Notes: generated by a model from the sequence alone, not told the origin. A stretch of DNA of 64,000 bases from Antedon mediterranea (GCF_964355755.1 NC_092671.1:37644304-37708303), one strand, 5' to 3'. Numbered from the stretch's first letter, positions 34,718 through 48,839 are shown. Translations and numbers: made by a program.

Positions 34718-35078
34718 AGCGTGGTTCCCACTAGCGACGCAACACAAGGACGTAACGCAACGCAAGTGAATTGACCAATGACAAGCGATGGCTTATTCGC
34801 TTGTGATTGCTAACTGTCTATAAAGCGTGGTTCCCACTAGCGACGCAACGCAAGGACGTAACGCAACGCAAGTGAATTGACCAATCACAAGCGATGGCTT
34901 ATTCGCTTGTGATTGCTAACTGTCTATAACTTCGCTTGTCATTGGTTAAAATGCTTGCGTTGCGTTTACGTCCTTGCGTTACGTTCTAGTGGGAACCAAG
35001 CTTAACTTCGCTTGTCATTGGTTAAAACGCTTGCGTTGCGTTTACGTCCTTGCGTTACGTTCTAGTGGGAACCAAGCT
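34718..35078. mobile_element. Tourist-like MITE family B, one copy nested inside another
   Basis: TAA|AGCGTGGTTCCCACTAG...CTAGTGGGAACCAAGCT|TAA; inner copy 34824-35002 with its own TAA TSD. Confidence 0.9.
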
Positions 35079-35232
35079 TAAGAAAAGAAAGTGGAATTCC
35101 ACTCGACCATATTATATTTTGGAAACATGAATAGGATGTCAAATGCTTGTACCGAACTCATGGTGCCCACTTCAGCACCACTTTGAGGTGTAGGGACTGT
35201 CATGGGGAGTGAGCAACAAACGTCTGTCTTAA

Positions 35233-35351
35233 AGCTTGGTTCCCATTTAGGACAACACGCAAGTACTTTGACCATCACAATCTATTGATTGGTGAACTCG
35301 CTTGCGTGTTACGCTTATGTCTCTGAGCTGCGTCCTAGTGGGAACTTAGCA
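35233..35351. mobile_element. MITE family B, diverged copy
   Basis: TAA|AGCTTGGTTCCCA...TGGGAACTTAGCA|TAA. Confidence 0.7.
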
Positions 35352-35506
35352 TAAGTGTACAGAATGTTCCTGACAAAGATTTATATCATGTAAACCATCC
35401 TATGCAGAGGTAATATTGTCAAATGTTTACATTATTTGTCATCAATTCATAGATTGTAATACCGTACAGACAGTTCAACATTCTACTTTTTCCTGAGTAC
35501 AATTAA

Positions 35507-36784
35507 AGGGCGCGTTTATACAACACGCTATATTCAACACGCCTACGAGAAGTGTATCGAAGGTCGTGTTTATACAACACCCTAAATTTGAACACGGCTT
35601 TAATTTTTAGCGTGTTGTTCGGACCGAGGTCAACCCACCTTAACGTTTGCTGTTATACTAGAAATCACGATACCGTGTTATACCGGAAGTTTCATCAACA
35701 CGCAGTGCATGCTAGGATAAAAGGTCAAATCGTTGATCGCACTTGAATTGGCTGAGTTGTCAACAATCATCGTCGCCTCCTCGCTGTCCGATGTATTCGC
35801 GCGGTTTTTACCATTTTCATTATATTGTATTCGTTCACGTTTGCATTGTTGTTTATTTTGTTCTCGGTTCATTTAAATTAATAAAAGTTATTTTAAGGGT
35901 TTCATTGTTTCATCTATACACTATGGAAGAAGATGATGCCATTTTTGCGATGTTATTTTTTTAATTCTGTTTGGAGTGGGAAACGATAGAGGCCTACTAC
36001 CACTACGAGTTGGCCCCACTAGGCTAGGCGTAAGACGTGGTAGGAGGATGATTGCTGGCAGCGAAGCAGCAATAAATGGGCCCAATCTTGTTAGCAATGA
36101 TTGATATTACGACCTGTTTTAACGAGAGGTCAAAATATACCCTGAGGACACTTCCAACACGGTAAACGGCGACCGGGAATCCACCAAATTTTAGGATTCA
36201 GCCAAGTAGCCTTTTTTGCAATTAAAATCTCATTACACGGAATCTCTTTGTTGTTTAATACAACACACTTTTCGTAGGCGTGTAGAATATGCGTGTAATA
36301 GCGTGTTGTATATATATAGAGATTCCGTGTAATGAGATTTTAATTGCAAAAAAGGCTACTTGGCTGAATCCTAAAATGTTGTGGATTCCCGGTTGCTGTT
36401 GGCGTGTTGGAAGTGTCCTCAGGGTATTGTTTTGACCTCTCGTTAAATAAAAGTATGTGCTGTGAAAATGTTGACCAAATCTAGTAGATAATTGTGATTT
36501 TTTTGCATATTTTAACCTATTTAGCACTTAACATTAACGCTAATCAAATGTTGGCATAATTTGGCAAAATTTAGCTTAGTTTTATCCTAATTCTAAAACA
36601 TTTTTTTTTCTAATTTCAAAAGCAGATTTAAAAAATCAATAATTGAATAAACTAAATTTTAAACGAAATCATCCTTTATTCAAATCCTTAATATAAACTC
36701 ATATTAATTCATAATGCATGCAAGTATATACAACTTAGGATTATGAACTACGGTATAACACGGTATTACGATTTCATGTATAAC
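35507..36784. repeat. Complex of interleaved inverted repeats (probable rearranged DNA-transposon remnants)
   Basis: Inverted pairs ~35516-35580/36258-36312, ~36118-36247/36318-36447, ~35652-35695/36743-36784. Confidence 0.65.
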
Positions 36785-37114
36785 TGCAAGGTTTGTAATC
36801 ATCCCATTGAAACATACTAATCCTATAATTAGAGTCCGTGACCGCCGTCGCCGAATGTTCGACTGTTCTGAAAGCGGACGATATTACTCTCTGTGGGGAA
36901 GGAAGCAATTAGCTTGAACGTAATAACTAATAATGTACTTTATTTATCTGTACTTTGCGTAGTTGTAACAGTCATCAAACAGTTAAACAATTATCCAACT
37001 ACTTATAATATTCCATCCGTGTTAATTTCATTAAAAATTCTGTATTAAAAGTTCAGCGTCAATAAGTTGTACATGTTCTTTGGTGGTACGTTAACACTGA
37101 CGCTAGGATGCCAG

Positions 37115-37273
37115 TGGCCGTATTAACCATTCACACTTAGGCTAAAATTTTAAAAAAATCTCCCTTTAAGTGAATACAATTTAATAGTAATACTTACATA
37201 TTTATTTACTTAAGTAAAATACTTAGTATTTAAAGGAAATATCTCACTTAAGTGTGATTGGTGAATACGGTCA
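37115..37273. mobile_element. Small TIR element (Harbinger-like termini)
   Basis: TGGCCGTATTAACCATTCACACTTA...TAAGTGTGATTGGTGAATACGGTCA. Confidence 0.65.
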
Positions 37274-37999
37274 CGGGATATTAAAACCAGTTCTTATAAA
37301 GTCTGGCAGAATTTAAAAAAGGTTGTTTTGTTAATAATACAGAAAGTATCACCTCAATTCATGTTAGAAACTATTTTTAAACTTCCCAAATACATAATCA
37401 ATATACTGTATTAGACCAGTTGTATTTGAGGTATAGGTGTCACTTTTTGCTGAATTTACTTCATCTATTTTTTCTGGGGTAATTTTGGCTGTAGAATACG
37501 AATATGAATGTTGATCGCGACGGGGAGGGGCGTTTTCGAGATATGAAGGGTCAAAGGTCAAATTAGGTCAAATAAGTCATTTTATGAAGAGGAAACCGTT
37601 TAGATACCGTTTAGATATGTTAAATGCAACAAATTTTGTTGTTTAGTTGATATGGTCCAAATAAACATCACATCCAAATTTTACCGAAATCGGACGTCAG
37701 GAAGTGGGTTAATTAACATAAATTCAAAATGGCCGCCATTTACCATTTGAAGTTCCAGTATCTCCTCAACGGTTGGTTTTAGACCACCTAAGTGCATTAC
37801 GAGTAGATATAAATGTGACATTAAACTTCCAAATTAGCACATTTAAATTACCATATGACGTAACTATGACGTTATATGGTAGTTGTGACGTCATATATTT
37901 TTATGAACACGAAACAAACATCATGAAATCCGATTTCAATAGATACTAATTCACATAGTTTGATATCTGTAAGTATCGGATGTTACACGTTAGCCATAA

Positions 38000-38152
38000 A
38001 GCTTCGTTCCCACTAAAACGCAACACAAGGATGTAAGCCGCAACGCAAACAACAGACCAATCAAAAGCGATGGATTATTCGAACAGTAGCTTGTCATTGG
38101 TCAACTCGCTTGCTTCTACGTCCTTGCGTTGCGTCATAATGGGAACCCAGCT
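38000..38152. mobile_element. MITE family B, diverged copy
   Basis: TAA|AGCTTCGTTCCCACTA...TGGGAACCCAGCT|TAA. Confidence 0.75.
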
Positions 38153-38779
38153 TAACGAACACAGCACGCGCACTGTCAAACATTAATTATGAAAATAGTC
38201 AAAATGTGTACGTGCGCGTTTGTGACTGTTGACGCGGTGATATTTTGACATTATTACATCACATGCTATCGTAGAATTAATGAATTTAAGTCAACAGTGA
38301 TTTATCAATTTAATAATAAATATTGTTCACGCGTTACTGATCTGATTACACTACCCAGAGAGCGGTTAGGGAATAACGTGTTTAGAGATGTACTTATAAC
38401 CGACGGTGGCTTATGATAATGTTATGCAACAATAGTGTTACTCTAATGTAAATAAAATACTGCAGTTAAACTTGACATTTTGGTGACATTTTGTAACGTA
38501 AACCGATGTCAGGTGTTTTAATTCTTACATTGACATCAGCTGCTGTACACTGATTGTGTGCATTCACAATCGATCTGTGTCTATTGGGACTTTAGAGGGT
38601 TTTTTTTTACCAGTACGTAACATTGACATGATATTCTATGAAAAAGAATTGTGCTGGCACTATTCATATTAATAGAATATCATTATTATTGTAATATTAT
38701 ATTATTTGTATAGTGTTTTCTTGATAAATTAAAAACGTAACAATCTGAAAATGACAGGTTGATTGATGGGGATCGTAGT

Positions 38780-39090
38780 GAAATATCCGAGGCCTACGTC
38801 TATGTTCCCTCTCTTTGATATGATTCCCATATTGTTAAAATGTTATGTTAAATTATTCTGGTCCTCAAGTTAAACTGGAAACTGGAGAAATTCTGATTAG
38901 GCCCTCCACGGACCCACGGCAGCCAGCAGTGCAGCGCCTACCAGATCAGCACACTGGGAGACGTTCCCCTACTCTTTTCGAATAGTGTACCAAGTTCTTT
39001 ATTGCACTGTTAAGTACCACGGGACCAACGGCTTTACAACACTACGAATGACGAGGCAATGAAAGTAAAGCATCTTGCCTAAGGATGCAA
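38780..39090 (-). mobile_element. SINE fragment with a Deu/Nin-like conserved domain
   Basis: CCCCTACTCTTTTCGAATAGTG..GTTCTTTA and AAAGCATCTTGCCTAAGGA recalled as conserved SINE-domain motifs; not database-verified. Confidence 0.45.
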
Positions 39091-39432
39091 TATTCCTTCT
39101 TTCCTCACTCTCTCCGCATGATTGTCTCTCCCCCCATATCTCTCTATTTACATTTTTTAGATTTGTGTTTCGTTCATATCGGCTCCTGTCGCACAATGTT
39201 TCATGTGTCAGTATTTCCGTTTAAATAATTTTTAACAATTTGAGTCGACATAATCTAGATTAACATAATATAACTAGTTATGATATTCAGGGACTTCCCT
39301 GTATCTAATCATTGAAAATTAAGTGCTCGTTTTTCTGTTGTACTATTATTATGGAATTTTATTTTTATTTTTGTAGAGTACTGTTCTAAATTATACTTAG
39401 TAGATCTTTTTTAAATTGAATATATTGTACTT

Positions 39433-39537
39433 CACTGTATTATGTGTGACACTGTATTATGTGTGACACTGTATTATGTGTGACACTGTATTATGTGTGA
39501 CACTGTATTATGTGTGACACCGTATTATGTGTGACAC
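39433..39537 (+). repeat. 17-bp minisatellite, about 6 copies
   Basis: (CACTGTATTATGTGTGA)n. Confidence 0.95.
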
Positions 39538-39546
39538 GCGTTTTAA

Positions 39547-39674
39547 AGCTCTGTCAAACTAGTTTCACAGAAAAGTGTGATGTGCCCAAATATGATAGTG
39601 ATATGACATCATCATGTCCATATATGCGCACATCATATTTTTTGTCACATAAAGTTTGATAGTGTAGACAGAGC
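39547..39674. mobile_element. MITE family A copy
   Basis: Family A TIRs and core. Confidence 0.75.
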
Positions 39675-40589
39675 TTTACACGCGCTGGAACGTTTTGTAT
39701 TTATTTGACGCAAAGGTACGTCAATCTACGTACCAGATCATTGAAATAACAACGTTAGACACCATGTATTTCGTGTATATCCATCTATCGTGTTAAACGA
39801 TTTTAGAAGAGTATAGGCATATACCATTTTAAATATACAGTATAACTTCAATTTGCAGAATTATGAAATAATTGGCTTATATTAATTTGCAATTTGATTT
39901 TCACGTGTATGATAATTCATGCAGAAAGTTGTAGGATGAATCTATGCGTGTGTATTGCTATCAATAGGCCCATTCATAGCAGTAATTGGGCAATGATTAC
40001 CGGGTCATTAGTATTCATTCAGGGAATTCTGTAATTACATCCTGACTCATAACAATGCGTTTGTAGGCAAAATGTAACTATTATCTAAACATTTGTTATA
40101 TCCATATGTTTACCATATGGTGAAAAAAACATGCATGTGTATTGTTATAGTTATTGAAGCTCAAAATTAAATGTATCGGCCTTCGTGTGCGGCGTATGGA
40201 AATTGCGTCTAAATACATTAATCTGACATCAGTAAAGTATGACAGCTTAATGCATGGAGTTCTAAAAGCTAACAAAGTTGATATAAAATAGGTCAATTAA
40301 AAAAGGGAAATTCCCTTTAAATGTCAATAGAAACATTTTAATATTAAAATATATAATGTATATCACCATCGTTCACAACGCATGTTATTTTTTTTAAACT
40401 TATACATTTGAGCGAGTATAGGCTACACATCTCTTCATGTGACATTAGATGCATACATCATTAGTGTGCATTACCGATTTCATATAAGTACTGGTGCCAG
40501 GCTTTGAACCCAGAATTCGCTATACCACGGTGTCACTTGAGTTACTCATAATAGTTAATTTATTAACAGTACCTTACGTATACCGGTAC

Positions 40590-40905
40590 CTATTAATTTC
40601 ATTTGATGACGTTATCATGTTAAAAATCAGAATAAAAAGCGGGTCCCGTAATTTCACCGGCTACACTGTATGTAATATGTATACAGTGTATACTGTGTGT
40701 ATATACTACATGGCACAAAATAGACAGAATTCAGCACTAGCAACATATCATATTCTTCAGGTCATAATGGAATAATCTTTTTCTGTGAGGAATCTATTCC
40801 AACGTATGACATGCATGTGACATTTGTTGTGCGGATAACTATGGAGAAATAAGTAATAACTTATGAGATAAGTAACTCGTCACAGTGACGAGTTCAAAGC
40901 CAGTT
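40590..40905 (+). mobile_element. Solo diverged 3' portion of the Helentron/HINE-like family
   Basis: Reverse-complement homology to ~51115-51400; GCGGATAACT and hairpin AACTCGTCAC-A-GTGACGAGTT. Confidence 0.7.
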
Positions 40906-41164
40906 AATTAATAATGTAGGTGACGTGTGTGTTATTTAGTTAGTGTGTTGATGTTCCGATACGGTTCTGACCTTGAGTATTGTAGTCTATGCCGGATTGT
41001 AGACTTTACATTGGAATAATATAACATATATAAATATGATTTGATCGTTGTATCCATATTATTCAATATTCTTAATTAACAATAATAGATACGTTTAAAA
41101 TGTTAATAATACACGTTGACATTGACCCAATTCTTAGTGCTTGGTTTGAAATTCCACCACATGT

Positions 41165-41406
41165 TGTTTTTTTTTGTTTTTTTTGTTTGTTTTTTTATTC
41201 ATACTTATCCAACAGCGAGTAACTCGCCAATTACAGGATGGATAAACTATTTAATAATTTATCGTGCTTATAAACTAAGTCTCATTTGAGGCTTAGGGAG
41301 TGGAGTTGAAAGAGTCATGAGTTACAACCCTGCACTAGGTCAGGATTGAACCCGGGACCTTGGGATTGGAAGGCAAGCACGTTAACCACCAAGCTACAGC
41401 TCCACT
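41165..41406 (-). mobile_element. tRNA-derived SINE, near full length with A-rich tail
   Basis: A box TAGCTTGGTGG, B box GGTTCAATCC, A-rich 3' tail; three copies in the window. Confidence 0.8.
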
Positions 41407-42104
41407 CCGATAATTTGAACAATAACATAGATATCTCAGCTGATGCACTATATTGATTTTAATATAAAATTATTTAATAGTACTTAGTTGGTCATGAAAT
41501 ATGACTTAAATTAATCAAAATGGCGTTTCATTGATACAATACGGTAACAGCACGATCCAGCGATTTGGGTTCATTTTTCGATAATGCAAAAATACATTTT
41601 AGCGCCCTCTACATAGGTCTAAAGATCGCGTATTCTTTGATAGAGCATTTGGCGTTATGACAATATGATAATAATGAGGAAAACATAATAATAATTAAAT
41701 AACATCATGTTATGTAACTAGCTAAAACATTATGTTTTTGTTACATCTATGAGTCAATACAAATAAATAATGTAATTAATATTTTCATAAATGTAAATGG
41801 CATAGACTACTTTAATGAAGTTTTTTTACAGAAATTAAAACTATTGATATTTATATTTTTAATTTCGATAATACTGTACAAATCATCATTTTTAAACGTA
41901 GCGCCCTCTAGTAGTTTCTTTTACGAATTTTCCAAATCCCTGGGAAAATCCTGAAAGTTTTGTAACTATAGTGGGCGCTATTGATGATTGCATTGGTTGC
42001 TGTGATTTGTGCTAAGCACACATCTAATTGCACGCATGTCACAAGTGGTCGAGCGCGATATGCAAGTTTTGGAATAAGCAGACGATAAGAACGAAATTTT
42101 TGGA

Positions 42105-43675
42105 ATGTTTCCAGCCGTTTTACGGCAATCATCAAGGCCCGGTGGTCAAGGGGATTCAGGAGATGACCATCTTGGACAGGTAAGCTTAAAAATACTTGTA
42201 TTTAACTTTGAAAAAACGTTTATAATGCATGTTTAAAGATGAATTTATTAGATAGGCCTAGCTATAGCTACTTAGGCCTAGCTATAGCTACTTAGGCCTA
42301 GTAAGTATAGTAGTTAGTAGGCCCAGGGAAGTGTAATTTAACTCTTCCCTGGTAGGCCTTAAGGAACATGGCTACAGCCTTGTTTTTTAATTTTTTGAAA
42401 CACACTCCTCTGCCTCTCATGTAACCAGCACCACACCAAGTGTAGTACCCTTGAGCACCTCCCTGCTTGTTTTGATCCTTAAGAATCGTTAAGCAGTACC
42501 CGAAAGAAGAAGAAGAAGAAGGTAGTAAGGATATCAATGATTCTGTTCTAATCATCAGCCGATATTTTAATCCCAGAGGATGGATATAGTTCTAAATAAT
42601 CACAACAAAATCCAAAAATGTTCTCAATGTTTTAAACATAGTGTTTAACAATACATTTAATCACTGAACCACATTGACTTTCTACTACGATTAGATTATG
42701 CTTAATAGTTTTCTAATTTGAATTGCTAATATTTGATTTAATTTAAAGCCCCCTTCCCTACGTTTTTTAGATCTAATTTAAGATCACAAACTATATTTAA
42801 AGCCCCATTCCCTACGTTTTTTAGATCTAATTTAAGATCACAAACTATATTTAATGTAAAAATAATACTATATGGTCCTATTGCGATAACTTTTTTCGTC
42901 TTTAAACGGTTAAAAATGTGAAAAATAAGTCGATTTTAATAATTATAGCGGCCCGCTATAAATCCCAAAATGCATTGCGCGCGGATTGATATTTTTGTTT
43001 TTCACCTGTAATTCGCCCACTTTTCGATCGATCGTGAGGCCAAAACAAATGGAAGACTCCTAACTTTTCAGCGAAAATACCGGGTTTTCCCCAATTTGTA
43101 TCAACGGAGTCTGGCAAAAAAAGAAAGACAATTAATGCAGCAACTATACAACGTCAGGCTAGGTATATTGCTAGCGTACGATGTTCGTACGTTACCGATG
43201 TTTACCAGCTAGGCCTACAAAACTAAGCCTAGCTAGGCTAGGCCTAAGACCATCCACGAGAGGTCGATCGCCGCGAGCTACTTAGGTAGTGCATTGTTTC
43301 TCACTTTTTATCATAATTTACCATAAAACGTACATTTAAGACAAGGAATGACATGGTTTAATGTTTTTAAAGTGATATATATGTATTATTTTCCAAAAAA
43401 CGTCCAAATTTGCAGGGAAGGGGTCTTTAATATTATATGAATTTATTGAACTCTGTGCTATGGGGAAAAACCTTGTTTGATTTAAATCTACCTTTTAGAT
43501 AGGCCTAGAAAGATGGATATCTTCATAAATATAAATATTGATCACTTAAAACTCATAGTTCAGTATAAAAAAAAAATTTTTTTAATTTTTTGATGTGCAG
43601 GTCTCGGCTTCAATATCTCGACTAAATGCCAGCTACACTCAGCTAGGTGGTGCAACAGGCTCTAGACAAAAAATG
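42105..43675 (+). CDS. Candidate two-exon N-terminus (42105-42179 + 43601-43675)
   Basis: MFPAVLRQSSRPGGQGDSGDDHLGQ CAG|GTAAGC; tgcag|VSASISRLNASYTQLGGATGSRQKM|GTAAGC; both phase 0. Confidence 0.4.
42747..43426. mobile_element. TTAA-target (Kolobok-like) non-autonomous element
   Basis: TTAA|AGCCCCCTTCCCT...AGGGAAGGGGTCT|TTAA; left 54 bp tandemly duplicated. Confidence 0.7.
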
Positions 43676-43721
43676 GTAAGCTTTACATATAACCCCACTC
43701 ATCAAAGTCATATATTACATA

Positions 43722-43905
43722 AGCTCTGTCTACACTATCAAACTAGTTTGACAAAAAAAGTGTGATGTACCCAGATATGGTAGTGATATGCCTAAATAAA
43801 TGGTAGTGATATGCCCACATATGGTAGTGATATGACATCATCATGTCCATATATGGGCAAATGACATTGTTTTGTCACATAAAGTTTGATAGTGTATACA
43901 AGGCT
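43722..43905. mobile_element. MITE family A copy
   Basis: TIRs, ATA on both flanks; partial copy at ~44059-44170. Confidence 0.8.
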
Positions 43906-46900
43906 ATATACTCTGTCATTGTATTTAGAGCTTACAAAGGAACAGACTACACTTAGGTCTAACTATTCACCCTTTTAGGCTAATGGCCTGATAAGTCAAA
44001 AGCTTAATAGAATTTTCCTTTAAAATATGTCCATCACAAATTACTAGATTTTGTGTTAAGCTCTGTACCTAAACTATCAAACTTTATGTGACCAAAGATT
44101 GTGATGTGCCCATATAGGGAAACGATAACATATCACTACCATATTTGGGGATATCACTACCATATTTGGGTACAGTACATCAAACTAAATCATACACATA
44201 AAAAATCAATCATGAAACGATAGTTATTACTAAATTAGGTTATCGACAATCAGGCCCTAATTGAATTCTACAAGTGATATCTGTATCATCAACGATAACT
44301 AGTCCTTGGACAGTAAAGTCAATTCATATTCGTATAAATAATTTAAGTTTGTTACAAATTGGAGTATACTTGTTGTGCTAGTTAATATATATTGCAGCCT
44401 CCCTTCCGTTTAGTATCCACAAAACAATTAAATGTAATACATATCTTAATACAATTAATAAGAACGCTCTGATTATTATGAATATGACTAAATCAAACAA
44501 GTGTACCAAAATCAATAGCAGACTACTACTGCTACAAACTCAAATTAACCCTTTAAACAAATTTAACCTTGAACAATTATTTTCAAACAATTTTTTTTCT
44601 GTTGTGATATTGAGTTAGTTCTGTTATTTATTTATTATTATTTTGTCTATGTTAGTTTATCTACAATAAATTCATTTACAGTTTCACAGAATAATAATAA
44701 GAAGAATAAATTATAATTGATTGAAAAAAATGATATCTCTATAATAATAGTCAATAGTGACTAAAATAACTTGTTTTTCAGTTGTAAATTTGATACCACT
44801 GTGAGTTTCATGAGCAATGCATCAAATTGCATTTTTTTCTTCAGGGTAAAATACCTTATTTAATGGAAAATTCTTTAAATTGAACAAAATTAATAAACAT
44901 TTTCTGAAAATACACCAGAGAAATTTTGTTGAATTGCATAAAGTTTTAAACCAACATTAAAAAATGTAAACTAATATTATTTCTCTGTGGTATTATATTA
45001 GTCTAAGGCTTATTAAAAAAATATGTTACATCCAAACATAAAAGGAATTATTATATTTATTTTTTTTAATTATTGATTAATAATAATAATTATAGATAAA
45101 ACTGTATACTGTACTTGTACACCAACATAGCCATATATTGTAATAACAGAGACATATGACACCATAGTGCCTCGCAGTTAAGTTTTGCTTTGTCATTTGT
45201 GGTAATTTGTTAGTCATGCGCTAGCAATATTGAATGCTTAGCGTCGTCGCAAATTGAGGCCCAAATGTTTAAACATGCTTGTGAAATGAAATTCAAGTCT
45301 GCTATGTTGTTATTTTACGACAAAATGGAGAATAAATTTGTCTTATATGTTGTAGCATGTGTTAAAGCAAGCAGCAAAAACTGACTTGGGAATCCAATCG
45401 GGTCGTAACGGTGGCGACAAACAACTTTAATATTCGAACGCAAATAGCATTTAATCACTTGAGAAATACATAGGTTTTGTAAGCAGTATCTGATAAGAGT
45501 TGATGTTCTTTCTTTGAATATATAATATTTGTGCGAATTCCTTAAAATGAAGTTAATTTAATACAAAATTAATTTAATTTCAAAATATATTGATATTTAT
45601 GATGATGATAAAGATAGTAAATGTACTATAGTTTCTGTTTACATTGAATGTCATATTATACGCATCTCATTAACATTAATTATAAAACTGTGTCATCACT
45701 TCATTGTGATGTAGAAAAATGTTGTTTCATATTTAATCATGTTGTAATCATCAACATTTATATACATAAAAATAATGTTTTCCAGATTTCTTAATTTGCT
45801 AAAAATTTGAAACATTTTTTGCACACATATTTGTAGAGTCAAACGAACATTTCAATCCCATGATGCAAATCTACTAGATATTATTAAATGTTGCACTATA
45901 ACATATCGTAAATGTTTAATTACCAATTGATGTTATAGCTATTTCTGCTAACCATAGAGCAATTTAATAGATGGATGTTAACCTAGGTTGACAGTGTTAG
46001 ATAGGCAGCCTACTGCTAGAATTAATATGTGAGATATGAGACTAATGTATTGTATGGTATATAAACAGATTTCAATAGATAGACCAGCAAGAATAAATGA
46101 GATATAAATGCCATTCACAAATTGATGAGACAAAATGCTGCAGCTATCTGTATCTTTCTATCATGTTTGTATGTATAGTAATCCATACCTGTACCACATG
46201 AGGGATAAAAATAAATATTTTTAATATCGAGTTGCATCAAGACTGTAATTATCATCAATTGTCAATATTACTTTGTTTACCAGCAATTTATATTTTTACA
46301 TATTGTATACATATTTTATACAGTATTTGGTTAAATAATGCACCACATTGTTTGTTGTGCATCTTAGTGTCTATTTCGTGCCTAGCTTACCTGGATAAAC
46401 CGACAATAGCCATTTTTTTTTAGATATAATTTTAATTTTTTTATTTTCATTGAACACTCCTCTCCACAAATGGTATAGTCCGTAAACTATACCCTGAGGT
46501 GGAAGCCTTCCCACAAACCATTGTTTTGCATCTTAGTTTATCCAGTATCTTAGGAATTACCTAGATACAGTGTCACATGTTTGTCATTTTATGGTTAGGG
46601 TTAAAATATAACATTTGATACTGTTAAATTGTACTTTAAATTATGCCATTTACTAAGATGAAATTTGAGAATACAGTAGGTTACAAATTTCTATAGTTTT
46701 TTTTTTTACGGGGTTAATACATTTTAAATAAATTGCTTTTCTTGGAAGAACAAACATGATCCATTTGAAATGACATAATGCGGAATAATTCATGTACCGA
46801 AATAAATGTTTTAGAATTTGCAAGAAACACTAAATGGATACAAAGTCTTTATATGTGGAAAGAAGCATTGCCATAAAAAGTTAATACTTAATTTTTTATA

Positions 46901-47159
46901 GTGTACATTTTTCAGCTCATTTGTTTCATAATGCTTTTATTTGCTGAGAAATTCAGTAAATCAATAAATAAAGGTCCCTTGCCAAGCTTTAGTTGTGGTG
47001 TTTTAGAACGTACTAAAACCAGTACAACAGATGCGGAGATTTATTAACAATGAGTACAGTTAAATCTGATTCAAGTGTACAGTGAGTAAAGCTCTCTTAA
47101 ATACTGAAATAACCAAATGACTAAAATATATATGGTAACAATAAATGTATGTTAAATAG

Positions 47160-47985
47160 TTTTGTCTAGTACACTGACGTTAATATAGTATTGAACATTC
47201 AAAACTATATAAACATCTAAAGCGCTGTTTACACTACCAAAAAAGTGTGATGTGCCCAAATATGGTAGTGATATGACCAAACATGGTAGTTCTATGACAT
47301 AATTATGTCCATAGGAACATAGTTTGATTTATAGTTTTGTCGTACACTAATGTTAATACAGTATTTGGACATTCAAAACTATATATTATAAATTTTATTT
47401 TAAATCCAAAGGCAACTAAAACTGAAAAAATGACAATGCTGTGTTTTAAAATGTTATTTTAAAACATCTTTTAGCTCTGTCTACTGTACACTATCAAAAA
47501 AGTGTGATGTGCCCAAATATGGTATTGATATGACCAAACAAGGTATTGATGTGACATCATCATGTCCATATATAGGAACATCACATTTTAATCATAAAGT
47601 TTGACAAGGCTTAACATTGTCTAGAAATTATGAAAATGTTCTGAAGTCTGTAGTACTGTACTGTATATATAAATAACACTAATGTTAATACAGTATTTGG
47701 ACATTCAAAACTATATATTATAAATTTTATTTTAAATCCAAAGGCAACTAAAACTGAAAAAATGACAATGCTGTGTTTTAAAATGTTATTTTAAAACATC
47801 TTTTAGCTCTGTCTACTGTACACTATCAAAAAAGTGTGATGTGCCCAAATATGGTATTGATATGACCAAACAAGGTATTGATGTGACATCATCATGTCCA
47901 TATATAGGAACATCACATTTTAATCATAAAGTTTGACAAGGCTTAACATTGTCTAGAAATTATGAAAATGTGCTGTATATATAAA
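47160..47985 (+). repeat. Local triplication containing MITE A; 332-bp near-perfect tandem pair
   Basis: ACACTAATGTTAATACAGTATTTGGAC at 47344 and 47676; diverged copy at ~47170. Confidence 0.85.
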
Positions 47986-48839
47986 TATTTAAAAAATAAA
48001 TTAGAGCCATAAGTGATTTGAATCATTCATGTTGTTTTGCTTTTAATATTGGATCAAATTTATTGATTCATAAGAGACTACAGACGCTTATTTGCATTTA
48101 AAGTGCCCACATTATTAACACCTTCACAACTTCACAAGTTTGACTGTTAAATTTTGATTTTAATTTTTTATTTATTGGACGGAAATTAAATGTTTGTTTC
48201 TGTGATACAATATAAATTGGTGTCTTCTAAAGAAAAATAAAAAATAATGTTTAAATATATTGATAAATACAATACAATATTATTATAAATTAAACAACAA
48301 TTAATAGAGAAAAAAAGTACCATTGAACGACCTATCGTTCAATAGTGCGTACTATTGTACGCCATGTGACCCACAATTGCCCAATCAAAATCCTATTTTT
48401 ATACATTGCAAAATTTGATGATGTGATATTGGTTTGCGTCACAATTTAATTGTGACGCAATATAACAACTGTTGTGTATGTCAACGTTATTTAAAAGATG
48501 CAATTATTATTAGGTTATTTAAACCAACTGGCATTTTATTTTGTTGACATAAACTAAACTAGAGTAGAATTAGTTATTCTCATTTGATTGAATGAGACAT
48601 ATGTCCCTTTTTATAAACATAAATACTACTTTGAAATAGTTCAAATGGACTATAAATAATCTACTATTTTCGTGGGAGCTACGAAAGATCGACCTCAAAG
48701 AATGATTGCAAATAAGTTATGTTAGTCAAAATTATCACCAACATAAAATAACCTATATTGCTTCCATGAGAAATTATGTTTGCACCTCAAGTTACACGAG
48801 CTGTGTATGTTATGTTTGCAAAACCAACCTGCACTCTTA

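Noticed and set aside
41599-41915. CTCF-like AGCGCCCTCTA motifs near the 42105 candidate exon
   Set aside because: Partial matches only, and the same motif occurs inside a MITE; cannot be supported without ChIP data
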